Positions 24,560 through 38,944 are shown, counted from the stretch's first letter. The stretch is DNA of 64,000 nt from Mytilus californianus (GCF_021869535.1 NW_026262679.1:74462001-74526000), one strand, 5' to 3'. Translations and numbers: made by a program. The notes: generated by a model from the letters alone, not told the origin.

Positions 24560-26320
24560 ATAAATATGGACAATTTCAAGTACACCTTCTAGGGTGTGCT
24601 TGACTTTCTACTCTAATTGAAAAAGTATTTAGTCTATGTGTTGTCCTACACTGTTTCTTAAAAAGTTTTAAAGAGTGACCTCTAGTTGTTATAGAAATGA
24701 TAGATGGTGCTAAAGTAAAAAGATACATCCAGTTGATATCGATCAGCTTTATTAACAATACTACTTATATGTATTTTAAACTTTAAATTTGACTCGAAAG
24801 TTACTCCAAGAGCCTTTTCTTCATTCACCATTAATAAAGCAATAAAGTTGTCTGAATCATCCAACATGGTATATCAGTATTGTTGTTCATTGTCAGGATT
24901 AATATGTAACACTTTAAATTTAGCAGTATTAAATTTTAACTTCAAAGTTTTTGACCACTCACACAAACTTTTCCTGCAATTTACTGTGCGCATTATCTGA
25001 TGAAACCGTACTTGCCAACCTCTGACAATGACAAATCATGTCATGACATGACATATCAAATAGTGTGTGAAAATGCGTGACGTAGATGCGGCCTTTTTAA
25101 TATGAAAAAATTGTGACTTGGATGGAGAGTTGTCTCATTGGCACTCATACCACATCTTCTTATATCTATTACCGTATATAAATTTTTTAATATAAAAAAC
25201 AAAATTCTACTGTAAACTTTTAATATATTCAACTGTGGCCTGTTTTGCTGCTTTCAGAACAACACAACTAGGCACATACTGAAAACAACAACTGCCAGTT
25301 TGATTAAATTTACAAGACAACAATGCACATAATGTGTCATTGTCAAGTTCAGATCGAAATTCAGTGTATATCTTCTTAATAATAGAAAACGCTCTTTCAC
25401 AATCTGAATTGCTATTTGTCATAAGGTGCACAATGCATTATTCGGCCCTCGATCACTTTCTTTGACCCATTTGAACTCGGACTCCCAACTTTTTTGGTAC
25501 GTACAAAAGTGTTGTTTCGCTTAGCAGTCAGCTTTACTAGACGATGGTGCAGGACCAGAAAGCGACCTCTTCCTGCTGGACATTTCCCCAAAGTGAATTT
25601 GAAAAAAAAAAGAAAGTCACAAAACCTTAAAAACTACTCACAAACTTACCTGTAGAACTTATGTTGTTTGTCCATATTAGCATATAAAAATATAAACAAA
25701 GAATACTTCGAAATTTTCGGTATTTATCTTCTAATTATGAAAAAAACAGAGAATAGCGATATCACTAACGACTAAAAAATCAAAACAATGAAAAAGCGTG
25801 TAATGGCGTGTAAAGTGGTAAAAAGCGTGTACACGCCATGTGACAAAATCTTAGCGTGTAAACTGTTGAAAAAGCGTGTATTACACGCGAATATAATGCA
25901 AGTTGGCAAGTACTAGTATGGATGAAACTTAATAATATATTTTACAGTTGTCAGCAAAAATTTTCACAATGCCCTCCACAACATCAGGAAGGTCATTTAT
26001 AAAAGTTTAAAATAGAACTGTTCCTAAAATAATACCCTGAGTCTGGTATGACACTCACTACATGTACATCTGATGAAGTTGTATCAATTATACCAACACA
26101 TTGCTGAAGTCCTAATATAAAACTTTTAATCCAATTTTTAAAATACTGCCCTTAATTCTAAGGTTTTCAAGTTTCAAAAATTAATGCTTTCAGCAGAGGT
26201 TTCATGTTCAAGTTGTTCAGGCTCCAGTCAGTCGGGTCCAAGTTGATCCAGCCAGTGCTTGCCATTAATGAAACAATTATCAAAATACAAAGTATTTCTG
26301 ATCAATTTTGTCACTTTAAT
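24560..26320 (-). mobile_element. Highly degraded LINE RT remnant
   Basis: Fragments PDVVEGIVKIFADN (about 25990-25950), EEKALGVTFESNLKF and TRGHSLKLFK. Boundaries approximate. Confidence 0.6.
25007..25920 (-). mobile_element. Internally deleted hAT transposon with 8-bp TSD
   Basis: TIR gtacttgccaac/gttggcaagtac; TSD gatgaaac at 24999-25006 and 25921-25928. Coding remnants YQKSWESEFKWVK...ALCTL (N-terminal zinc-finger-like) are joined to SNSDCERAFS...LLSCKFN (hAT dimerisation domain). Subterminal agcgtgta repeats. Confidence 0.85.
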
Positions 26321-26984
26321 TTGTAAAAGATAAAAAATTTGTACAAAATTTTACCTGTCGAAATCCCAAACGGAATTAAAAAGAAGCATGCTTAGGGATA
26401 ATGGTTTGGAAATAGTCATTTCTGCCAGACTAACCTAAACTGAAACTTGTTTGATGGAAATGGCAAATTGGGAGTTAGATCTGACAGGGGGTTATAGTTT
26501 CTTTGTAATCAATATCTGTCCTGCAATACAATACATTTATATATATTATCATTGGTCATGACTCTTTTCTGTCAGAAAAAAAAATCTGTTCCATCTGATA
26601 AAACTTGCATGACAGTCTAACCAAATGTCAGACAGAAGCTCAAAAGAGTTTGACGAATACCATTTCTGAGCAAAAGTGATGATCTTTTAATGGAAATCAC
26701 CTTATGTGTACATTAGTCCACTACATATGCATGTACATATGCATGTAGCTGAAATAATAGAAATAAGGAAAATGCTACAATGGTTATTTAACGTATATGT
26801 TAATTATAGTTTTGAAAGGTTTTCCTTTAGGCATCAAGTTGAAAAAATAAGTATTAAAGTAATTGTGAATCACAAAGAAGATAAGACATGTAAGTATTTA
26901 AATAAAGACTTCAACATACAATGCAAATAAACTTTTTCTTCATACATGTACATGTCAACTAAAATAATTTTTGTATTTCAGGCT

Positions 26985-29900
26985 ATGCCAAAATCCAAGG
27001 AATTCATCTCGGACTCTGAATCAGACTCCGATAATGAAGTAAGAATATGTCGAAATTTTTCTAGTAAATCTCTAACTTAATTTTCTGTTGTAACATGCAT
27101 GTGGTTTTATCGTTTCATATCAGGTCCTGAATAGGGAAATTGTATGCAACTAGTGCATCCATCCATGTGACATTCTATTAAAGCGCTTATGCTATTACAA
27201 TGTTCTCCGCAGATATTTCATATAGCATCCTGGGAAACAGGGAAATTTGAAATACCATCTTGTTTCTAAAAATAATACTAAATAGCATCACATCCATAAC
27301 ACAACCTATAAGAAAATCAATTCAGATAGCATCACATTAAAAAAATATAGCATCACATTACCATGATGCTAAAAGGCCCTGGGGAGAACACTGCTATTAT
27401 TTATATATCAATAAAACCAATACCTACAAATGTATCTGACAGATTCCAATAATAACTGAAATTCTAATATGACGGCCAATATATTGTCAACCAGGCAGTA
27501 TATCTACATGTACATGTACATGTACTTATAATGCAAACGCATTAAAACACAAAATTGACTGTTCCACGTTATGCCCACCTTATTTATACGACCAGGTTAA
27601 CTCAATTTGCGACAATTAAACCCATGTTTTACGTAGACCAAACGTCAAATACAATAGGGTTATCTCTAATGACTCTATTCTAATGCAAGATAAACAAATC
27701 ATTCCATTTTAGTTAAATATTTTGGTGTTCAATTTCATAAAACGAAAATTCCACAAAATGATGTTATTGCCTTTGGCAACTAAAAAATGTTACGTTATAT
27801 GTATGCTTCCAGCGTCGAATGTAAACAATGGGAGTTTTCAGGCCTCAGAATGTAATAAAATTAGATAAAAAGAAGTGATATTTTTAAAATTTATTTAATT
27901 TTATTGAATAGTATTATTTTATTATATGGGAGATAAAATGGACCATCTAAAACAATATCATGTGTATAGGGCTTTCACGGTTGACAAAATTACCATATTT
28001 GACCTATTAGAATCAAAATAATTCATGGCAGCTGTAGATATATTTTCATTTAACCATTGGTTTGGCATTTATTTTCGTATCTTACAACTTGCTTTTGCTT
28101 GGAATTAAATAAAACACATATCATAGGTTTTGGATCGTAAATGGGTCCAGCAAGCTGTTCTTATTAACATGTTTAACTTCTGCTTCTTCATTGACAAAAT
28201 CTTGAACATACACTGATTTTAAAATTACATTTGTCAGAGACAAGGTTCTGTTCCAAGTAAGTAGTGTACTATTACCTGAATCCTACAAAGTAGTTCCCTA
28301 AATGTCTGACATGTCTCACAATTTTCTACATTTGTAAGGGTCTTTGGTAAAATAGAACTAACCTTCTTGTAAAGTGTACTTTTATACTTCTAATGTGCAT
28401 GTACATGTACTTCTGATTTTTTTTATGAGTAAAAACTCTAAATTGTTGCAGGCACCTAAGAAAAAGAAAACAAAAGTAGAGAAAAAAGTAGAAAAGAAGG
28501 AACCTCCAAAAGCAGCTGCAAGCTCTGGCCCTGGAAAATCTGGAGAAAGAACTTTCCAGGTAATTTTTCATTTTCAAAACAAATTTTGAAGCTTACAAAT
28601 GCAAGTATTCAATATTTTTCTTGCAAAGGATTTAAAAAAAATAATTCTGTAGCTAGAAGAGTAATTATTCACTGAAAGGCTTGCAGTTTTAGTAATTTCC
28701 TGTACAAATTGACTCATGATACCAAGAGGGGCATTTATGGTAAGAAAAACTACCCGGTATATAAATAAAAGTTACAAAAGTGTACATATTGTGGAATAAA
28801 ATTAATAAGGAATTTTCTGATTTATTTACTTGAAATTTGCAGGCACCGGTTGGGTTGACTATAGTCATCCCTTGGTCTTTTTCCAAACGGCAATAAAACC
28901 CTTGTTACAGACAGCCGTCTGTTTGGCTGTGAATGATGTATAAATTTGCAGCCACATTTATTCAGGATAAAGACATTAAATCTGATTCCTAGTGTAGAGA
29001 ATATGCCACGCTCTCTGCGCGTGATGAATCCTTATAACAACTATTTGAGAAGTTGGTAGGTGACCTGTTGTAAGGCTAAATTTCTGTCCCTATCCAATAT
29101 ATTCTCATGGTCAAGTGTACTGTCATTCCTGAGTTCTGGCCCACTATTTAGACCCCTATACATACTGTATTATTAATTTGTTCTTGTCCATAACATGCAT
29201 AAAATATTTGCCACTGTACATAAAGCAAACAACAATCAATCCATCAGAAATTTGCTGCACCAAGTCTGGTCTGGTCCTGTAATTTCCATGTTTGTTATAT
29301 AGACTCTAAAACGTACAATAGAAATATAAGAAGATGTGGTATGAGTGCCAATGAGACAACTCTCCATCCAAGTCACAATTTGTAAAAGTAAACCATTATA
29401 ATTCAAGTACAAGCCTACATATGGAAATGAAATTTGGAAATGTTGTAAGGAACCACTAAATACAGGTCAAGTTTGAATTTGGCAGACTTTTGTACATGTA
29501 CATTGTATTTCTTTAGAAGGAATGCTCCTACTTAAGGGAAAAAATAACAAAATTTTAGGTATCAACACAATAACTTGAGGAATCCTCCACTAAATCAATT
29601 GAAATTTGGAGGTTTTTTTAGGGTTTACTGAACACAGGTCAGTTTCTGATTTGACTGATTTCATATTTGTTATTCTTTGCCTTGATAATGTGAAAAAATT
29701 TTGAACTGGTGGTTTGTAAGATACAAAGATGAAGTTGCAATGTTGTCCATTGCAGCGAACAGATGATGGTTCCTGAACAGTTTTTTTTATGCATTCACTG
29801 CCAGAAACTAGGCTTTAGAAGTTTATTCACAACCCTACATGTATATATCGTTCAGAAATATCGGATGCTACTTCTGCCTATATGTATATCCTGTGGGTGG

Positions 29901-31018
29901 GTCCATCAGTGTCTAATGAACACATTCTATTTTTAATTTTTTTTTCTTCTTCAGATTTCAAGAAACCGATGGGTATCAGTTAGTGAGTTTAGAGGCAAAG
30001 TTATGGTAGGAATCCGGGAGTTCTATGAGGCTGATGGTGAATTAAGGCCTGGAAAAAAAGGTGAGGCATTATAAGGATATTAAATATTAAGATTGATAGG
30101 GAAAAATAAAGTCATGAAAGTTGTTGGCTCTCAGATATTGTATGGAAAATCCATATTCTTTAATAGAAAATTGAAAATCTACTGAAAATGTTCTGACCAA
30201 GTTTCCTTGTTCTGAACAGATGATATGCAAATACAATGCACAATTATTTATTATTCCAAACAAAAGACTGTGTGTTTTTCAGTTTCACCTTTCATTAAAC
30301 AGAATATGAAATTAGATTCTGATATGAACAAAGGATTTTTTTCAAAGAGTTTTTATAGTGTTATATCCCTTGGAACATTTTACTTTTTTTCAGTACCTAT
30401 TTTTGTCTTGTTTGTAACTCCTCTAATATGGTCAGTACATTGTTAATGAAGCATGGTATAAGATCTTTATGTACATACTACCGGTACATGTACTTTTGAA
30501 ATCATTATATTCATGTACAAGTGTGCATGTTGGTAGGATGTTTCAATTCATTTTGATTTTTCAAAAGCAAGGAATAATATTTCAACTTGTCAGAGAGTTC
30601 TATTTCTACATGTTCTATGTGCTGGCTCCATATTGAAATCCAACAGATATCTCCACTTTTATGTGATGTTTGTAAATAATAAACTGATAAACTGATAATT
30701 GGTTAATAAGTTTATATTTGTGAGTTAAAGATAGAGTATGGGTTTGAATTCAGATGACTTTTTTCAAGGAATTACTGCACTTGGAATTTTTAATTATGCA
30801 TATTACATGTATGCAAATAAATGTGGCAGCAAGGAGGGGCATTCCTGGTGTACAAATGCATTTAGGTAGTTGTGTCATGTTTACATTTTAACTTGTATTG
30901 CAAAGAAATTAAATGTCCTCTTATTTTTACAGGTATTTCTTTACCTCTAGACCAATGGGAAAAGTTAAAGAACCAGTTTGATGATATTAACGAAGCTGTG
31001 AGGGAAATGAATAAATGA
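26985..31018 (+). CDS. SUB1: Activated RNA polymerase II transcriptional coactivator p15 (PC4/SUB1), 117 aa; coding exons 26985-27038, 28452-28559, 29955-30060, 30933-31018
   Basis: All GT-AG and in frame: MPKSKEFISDSESDSDNE|APKKKKTKVEKKVEKKEPPKAAASSGPGKSGERTFQ|ISRNRWVSVSEFRGKVMVGIREFYEADGELRPGKKG|ISLPLDQWEKLKNQFDDINEAVREMNK*. Ser/acidic then Lys-rich N-terminus followed by the PC4 ssDNA-binding domain. An acceptor 3 nt before the ATG (exon starts 26982) implies an upstream non-coding exon. Confidence 0.96.
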
Positions 31019-32206
31019 AATTGACAAACAAGAACAGCCCTTAAAAGACAGATCATTTGCTTAAGACTGAACATTTGTTAAAGACCTATTATTTGTAAAG
31101 ACCATGGTCTAGTATCATGTTTTGTTCAACTTGATATACATGTACAGAAAAATAGATTCTTCAATTGTTTTAAATACAATGTACAAGTTGATAATGAGGA
31201 AAAGTTGAACTATCACTGAAATTCAATATGTTGTTAAACATTTTTTTTGTATAGGTTACAACTAGTAGTTAATTGTACCACATGGGTAGAAAGATTTCAT
31301 GTAAATGAAAAAAGTATGATTTTTATTGTTAAAATGAAATTAATTGGAAAATTTCTTCAGACTAAGTTATGAGAAAATTTATAATGATTTATATATTCTA
31401 GCCATTCTTTTTGTATGTCATTTATTCTTGGGTGCTGACTACAGTGACCTGCCTCATTTTTACTGCCTTTGTTGTCGTACATGTAGTTGTGGAGTGTCTC
31501 ATACTATCTCGAATGGTGTCATGAAAATAATAAAATTATTTTTGCACATTATTTTCGTGACTCTTAATTATGATATGCTTGGAGGCATTTACAAGAGAGT
31601 GTTTGTTTAAAAAAAGTATTCTTGTCCTACTTAATCAGTTTCATTGTATCTGTGATTGAATGAGGGGCTGGATGGGGGATCCTTCATTTCTGTATTCTTT
31701 AATTCATTTTTCTCTATTCTTTATACTTTTTGCCCATTATTTTCTTCTTCATAGTTTAGCACCTCATTATTCTCTATTCCTTATTTTTTGGTCCATTTTT
31801 ACACAACCGCAAAAAATTTGCGTTCGTATAATGCTATCATGTTGGTGGTGTCGTCGTCCGAAGACACAATTGGTTTCTGGACAATAACTTTAGTTTAAGT
31901 GAATGGATCTCTATGAAATTTTACCAGAAGGTTCAATACCACAAAAGGAAGGTTGGGATTGATTTTGGTGGTTATGGTACCACCAGTTTAGGAATTAGGG
32001 GCCAAAAACAAGCATTTTTGTATTTTCGGACAAAAACTTGTGTGTAAGTGTATGGATCTCTCTGAAATTGTACCACAAGGTTCCATATCACGAAGGGAAG
32101 GCTGACATTGAGTTTGGGGTTAATTTCCCCAAACGTTCAGAAATTAGGGGCAAAAAAGGGTCCAAGAACAAGCATTTTACTAGTTTCCAGACAATAATTG
32201 TACAAT

Positions 32207-32450
32207 TGAGACTTACCTTAAGTCGAAATTTGATTGTAATTTTGTTGAACCTATTTATGCTGAGAGTTAACATGAGATGCGCACGCAGATCGAAGAGGTC
32301 ACTTTTCAGAGAATGTAACAGAGCACATATGCACATGATACACCAAAAGAAAACTGGGTGGGAATACGAGTGATAGGGAGGGCATGTTAACTCTCAGCAT
32401 AAATAGGTTCAACAAAATTACAATCAAATTTCGACTTAAGGTAAGTCTCA
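32207..32450. repeat. Perfect 68-bp inverted repeat with 108-bp spacer
   Basis: 32207-32274 is the exact reverse complement of 32383-32450. Confidence 0.9.
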
Positions 32451-34204
32451 TTTAATTGTACAATTTTATTGAACCTATATGCTGAGAGTACCATGAGATT
32501 TCAGAGATATGTGATCTGTTACTCATGTTCACTGTAATTTATTACAGCCTCATCAAATCATAACCTGGCGAAATAAGTTGCCTGTGGTCATTCATAATGC
32601 TAAAAATATTGTCACTTTTGGAACTAGTCTTGGCCGTGCCAGAAAGTTCCGATACCGAGTCAATGCTCGAATGTTCAGCCATGTCATTAACAAATGTATG
32701 CTGACAACGTGACAAATTATCCATCACAAGCTACATCGTTAGAATATTAATCCATCCAAAAACTATATCAAATCGTAAAGTTTGTATTCCAAATGTCACA
32801 AATATATTAATTTCCAGTTAAAAACAATTAAGATATCCATTATTTTCAAATAAACATAAGAGGAATAAATTCCATGACTTGACCTCATAAGACCAAATAC
32901 GCTAGTGACCTCTACGATCTGCGTGCGCATCTCATGGTACTCCCAGCATATAGGTTCAATAAAACTTGTGTTTAAGTGTATGGATCTCTCTGAAATTGTA
33001 CTACAAGGTTCCATACCACAAAGGGAAGGCTGGGATTGAGTTTTGGGTAATTGCCCCAAATGTTTGAAATGAGGGACAAAAAGGAGCCAAAAACGCATTT
33101 TTCTAGTTTCCAGACAGTAACTTGTGTTTAAGTTTATGGAACTCTCTAAAATTGTACATTTTTCCTGAAAAGAAAATTATCTTCAAAATTTCAAAAAAAA
33201 ATTGGGGAGGGGGGGGGGTTCTAACCTTGTATTACTATTTTTGATTTTAGGCGCCATTTTTAAATTGGTCTACATAGAGGTCCAAAGGGTCCAAAATTAA
33301 ACTTTGTTTGATTTTATCAAAAACTTAATTAATGAGGCTCTATGATATGCTGAATGTTATTGTGCATTTAGATTTTTTATTTTGGGCCCTGTTTTCAAAT
33401 TAGTCCATAATAAGGTTTGAAGGGTCCAAAATTAAACTTTGTTTGATTTCAACTAAAATTAAATGTTTGGTGTTTTTTATATGCTGAATCTAACTATGTT
33501 GTTAGATTTTGGATATCAGACCATACTAGGAAAATTAAATGTCCCATTTCAAATTTTTAAAATCTTTGACCACATTTATTTTGTTTCAGCAACCTATATT
33601 ATGTCAACAATTTGATCACAATCCAAATTCAGACAGTATCAAGCTTGAATATTGTGTCCAAACTTGTCCCAACTGCTCAGGGTTCTACCTCTGCGGTTGT
33701 ATCAGGCTGTGCTCAGCAAAGCATTTTATTCTCTATTCTTTTTATTTTTTGCCCATTATTCTCTATTCTGTAATCCTCCATCCACACCCTCTTGAATGAT
33801 ATATGAAAAAGGTATAGTAACAGGACTATTGTCAAAATTACAGTACAACAGACCAAATCAACCAACAAGAAACGGCCTCTTCACAAGTTCTGACATACAA
33901 AACAGACAAAGATTGATTGGTTGTTGGTGTTTAATGCCACTTTCAGCACAATCGGCTATATCATGGCGGTCAGTATTTATTGATGGAGGAAGCCAGAGTG
34001 CCTGTAGAAAACCAACAAATTTCAGCATTTAAGATTAGATTCAAATGCACCTATCACATGCAGTGTTCAAACTCTCAACCTCACTGTTGACAGGCTAGTG
34101 ATACACTACTTAGACCACTTGGCCACATGGGCCTCCAAAGATAAAGAACAGCACATGGTTCATAGAGCCTAATTTGGAACAAGCACAAATGTTGTTGGGT
34201 TTAA

Positions 34205-34720
34205 TATAAAAATAAGGAGATTAGGTATGATTGCCAATGAGACAACTATCCACCAAAGTTAAAAAAAAAGTGGATGTAAGCAATTATAGGCAACCGTACA
34301 GCCTTCAACAATGAGATAAACCCATACTGTATAGTAGGTTTTAAAAGGACCCGACATGAAAAATATGAAACAATTCAATTGAGAAAACTAACGGCCTAAT
34401 TTATAACAAAACAAATATGACAGACATGAACCAGTGACAACCACTGAACTACAGGCTCCTGACTTGGGGCAGGCACATTAAGAATGTGGTGGTTTAACAT
34501 GTTTGTGAGCACTCCACCCCCCCCCCCCCCCCTCCCATACCTGGGACAGTGGAGTAACAGTACAACATAAGAATCAAACTATAAAAATCAGTTGAAAAAG
34601 GCTTAACTCATCAGATGGATACAAAGCAGAAAAACATCAAACATAAACACAGTCCGGACATGGTATGGTATTTATTCATCCGACACTTAAGTACAGATCT
34701 GAGAGTACTCTTAGTTACCA
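34205..34720. repeat. Family A interspersed repeat copy (reverse orientation)
   Basis: Reverse complement of the 38945-39530 copy. Confidence 0.75.
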
Positions 34721-36137
34721 CTTTTATGTGTTTAAAATGAATTTCTTATCTGCTGTAACACCATTCAATTATGAATTAAACAAAAACTTGCAGGTGGCAT
34801 CAAATTGAATTTTCAAATCAGACTACATGTTCCTTAACATTTCAAAAGAAACATAGTGAAGTGTTGAGTCTAAAATCACAGAAAACATGATTTCACTGAG
34901 ATCATTTTTTAACAAACCAAAAATTCTGAAAATTCTGAAAACCCACTTTGAGTTATTGTACCTGAAGTGTCTGTTTTCAGCAAATTTCACAGGTTTTTGT
35001 TAATATCTTGAAAACTATTATAGATAGATAGAATCTTAAAATAGTAAATATGACCAGAACAATAGGATCTACAAATAAGTCCAGACTGACAGGAGTTATT
35101 GCCCTTGAAAGACAATTTTTACCAAATTTTTGAGTGTTTTTGCAGAAATAGCAAAAATGGTCAGTACAATTTGATTTTCAGATAAATCTTAGCTGTAATC
35201 ATCAATTGATTTCTTATAGTTGTTGTTCCTTGAAAGCAAGTTTTATCTTCTTTCTTTCAGAAACTATAGGAAATAAGAGAGAAATAGTAATTGCAACGAT
35301 GGTCAGCACAATATTTTCTACAAACAAGTCAACAGGGCCAAGATAGTCGATTCTAGACTGGAATCCTGCTCACTGCTCAACAGTAGACTTAGTACTGACA
35401 CGAAAAGGAGGTCGACCAAGATGCCAGGCTACAATTGATTCCTTACAGGAGTTATTGCCCTTGAAGGATTTTAACCTTTTAGTCGGGAAAATGAAGCAGT
35501 TGGAGAGGATCTGCAATTTGTAAAAATGATAAGATCTACATGTCAGTCACTATTGTGAAAATAGTTACCTGACCTGTTATAGGAGTTGTGACCCCTTTAA
35601 AGATGATTTTTTATGCCTGTTTACGGGACACATTATGGTATACTGTTGTACTTCCGTCGTCAACACTTCAGACTATAACTCAAACACGCTTTCACCAATT
35701 TTCATGAAACTTTGGTGAATTGTTTATATAAATTTTAGACTTTATGTTTCCGAGGTAAGGGATTTTTTCATAAAAAATGGGGGATTTTCCAGTTCTCCGA
35801 CTATAACTCAAAATTACTATGAGCACATTTCATGACACTTTGGTGAATTGTTTAAATATATTGACAAACGTTCCCTTTCGAATTAAAAAAAAATCTGACA
35901 TTACGTTTTGGAGTATTATGAGTTTATTCATAAAAAAGGGGGGGGGGCGATTTTCCGGTTTTCAGACAATAACTCATAAACGCTTTTTTTCAATTTTCAT
36001 GAAACTGGTGACTTGTTTATATCTAATGAATTAAGCTCCCTTTTGTTTTGTTTTTTTATAAATTACTGATATGACATTGTGAAGTTGTGGAACTTTATTT
36101 GTTGAAAAATCGTCCAAAACTGTCCATTTTTCAGAAT

Positions 36138-36682
36138 TTTATTATGCCCCCGCCGTAGGGGAGGGGCATTAAGTTTTACCCTTGTCCGTACGTCCCCGCC
36201 AAATTGGTTTCCGTTCTCTAACTTTAGTTTGCCTCAACCAAATGTTATGAAACTTATACACAATGCTTATTACCACAAACCATAGATCAAGTTTGAATTT
36301 TGGTGGCATCACTTTTACCGTTCTAGAGTGACTGTTGACTATTGTAGCCTGGCATCTTGGTCGACCTCCTTTTCGTGTCAGTACCCCCTATAGAAGTGAA
36401 CCTTTAAATCGATTTTTATCTGTTTTGTGCGGGAACCATGACAGATAGAAAATTTGCCTCTTTACAAATGGAAAAAACTGCTGAATTTTTCGTTTCCATT
36501 CTCTAACTTACGTTTGCCTCAACCAAATGTTATGAAACTTATACACAATGCTTATTACCACAGAACTCAAAATAAGTACGAATTTGGGTAGCGCCACTTT
36601 TACCGTTCTAGAGTTATGTCCCTGTAAAATATTATTATGCAAGCGGGGGCATCATTTGCGTCCCATGGACACAATCCCCATT
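36138..36682 (+). mobile_element. Second HINE-like element (ttttatgccccgcc...gcgggggcatc) nested in the 35607-36947 copy
   Basis: Two internal units (ttccgttctctaactttagtttgcctcaaccaaatgttatgaaac) at about 36210 and 36495; another unit at about 45900-46030. Confidence 0.6.
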
Positions 36683-38944
36683 TATTCGTTCGGAAATCGA
36701 GGCCACAAACTTACTTCAACTTGAGGTAGCCTTAATAGTGCCAAATTATTCATGTTTTGTGTCAATTGGTACCACTGTGTGTGCATGTCTTTTTTTTTCT
36801 TTTAGTTTGGGGGGGGGGGGGGGGGGGGGTGGTTATTTGTGCAAAGCTCACTGTAATTTTAGTTGATCGTATAACTTCTTTCAAGAAGAAAGACTAGCTA
36901 ACAGAGGGACGGGCATATGATATGCGCTCATGACGCAGATCTTTATTAATATTTTTTTGAGAGAAGCTGTAAATAGCAAAAATAGTCAGCACAATAAGAT
37001 CTACAAATAAATTATGGCCGAAATAGTCAATTAACCCCTATAGAAGTGACCCTTTAAATCGATTTTTATCTGTTTTGTGCGGGAACCATGACAGATAGAA
37101 ATTGAAAATAGCAAACAGGTCCAATACAATAAGATCTTCCAACAAGTTACCATGGCCGAAATCGTGGCCGTAATTGACCTTGAAGGATTTTTATCTATTT
37201 TTTGCAGAAACTCTAGCACACGATCCACAATCAGTTAAGATGATGGAAAAATTCAACAGGCAAGTTGTAGGAGTGTTATGCCAATATACAGACGATTTTT
37301 ACCCGTTTTTGCGTCTTTTGCAAAATTTATGGTAGAGAGAAACTGTAAAAACAAAAAAGTTCAAACACAATAAAATATACTTTTTTTGTCAATATTGCCG
37401 AAACCGTGAATTGATTCCCCATAGGAGGTATTGTCTTTGAAGGATGATATTTATCTATTTTTAGGGACACTATAGCAGATAGTATCTTCAAAGCTAATGA
37501 CTTCTGATCAGTCAACATGGCGGAAATAGATCATTGATCATTTATCGGAATATTGTACTTCAAAGATGAGTTTTACCCTTTTTTGCGGGTTTTTTTTGCA
37601 GAAACATCACAGAAAGTCATAATTTTAACTCATTTTATTTTGGATTTCTGCATATAATCTTTAAAATGATAATGGTTATATAAAAACTTAGTCAATCCAA
37701 TTTGACATGATCAGTATTCAGTACACATACTCTTGTTGCAATTGTATAATCTATTTCTGTCAAAAATTCCAGGTGAGTTATGCAGGCTCGTGGGAGCCTC
37801 TTGTTTGTCTTTATACGTTTTTAGCACAGAACAGTATACTCAAACACGATTGAATGTAAAACGTATTAAAGATTTAAAAATTTTTCAAATTACTTCATTA
37901 TTTAAAAAAAAAGGCCAAGATGGCTGCAAAAAGGAAAAATGGAAGCATCATCAATTTAATTTCGATAGATAATTTCAGTGGAATTTTTTAGAGTATCTGC
38001 ACGATCCAACGGTATTTCATCCTACCCAAATCAGTTAATGGAGTAATTGTCTTTAATGAAAGATGCGTTACATCTAGTACTAGAAGTAGCTCCAGTCTGT
38101 AGATTATGTACTACTAAGAAAAACTACATAATATAGAAAAAATCTTACTGAATTAAAACGTTTAAACAAATTCAAACCTGCCATTTCTAACATTTCCATC
38201 ACCTATAATAGTGTTCAAATTCTTATGTTCACATTCAACTGGATATCAGTCTTTAAACATTTTTTACGGCTTTTATGAAACTGAAAATTGTTCTGAATGT
38301 ATAAAGGCATTGTTAAACAATAGCTGATTAAGTATACATCAATAAAAAAACCTAGACGCCGAATAGATACAAAACTTTAAAAAGTCACAGCTATATATGT
38401 GACACCGACCCTATATACGTGACAGCATAGATGTCTTTAAACACCAAACGCGACAGTAAAAGGGATCAAATGATTTCGATTTTAATCAGATCGCTTATCT
38501 AGCATTTGAATGTTTTGGGTTTTTTCTACTTCCTCAATATTTTATGGTCTTATAACGTTATAAGACTGCATTTATAGTCAATGTCCTTGTGCTGGATTCG
38601 CCTTGCATTTTTTCTGTTTTATGACCTTTCAATATTGATTGGATCAACATGTAATGCTGATGGACAACGGAAACTGAATTGCAGTCCATGCATGCACACG
38701 CGGAGAACACTACATAAAAATGAGAATGGAAACTGGGAAGGCGTAAAACAGACAACAATCCGACCAAAGAGCAGAAAACAGCCAAAGGCCACCAATGGGT
38801 CTTTAACACAACGAGAAAATCCCGCACCGTGAGGCGGGCTTCGGCTGGCCCCTAAACAATAATGTATACTAGTTAAGCTAAAATGGACGTCACACTAAAC
38901 TCCAAAACATATAAATGAACCAAAATTTAAAAAACATACATTTA

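Noticed and set aside
38581-38832. ORF with a signal-peptide-like start (MSLCWIRLAFFLF...) running into a repeat
   Set aside because: The second half is family B repeat sequence. Removing the insertions gives no unambiguous frame, and there is no recognisable homology.
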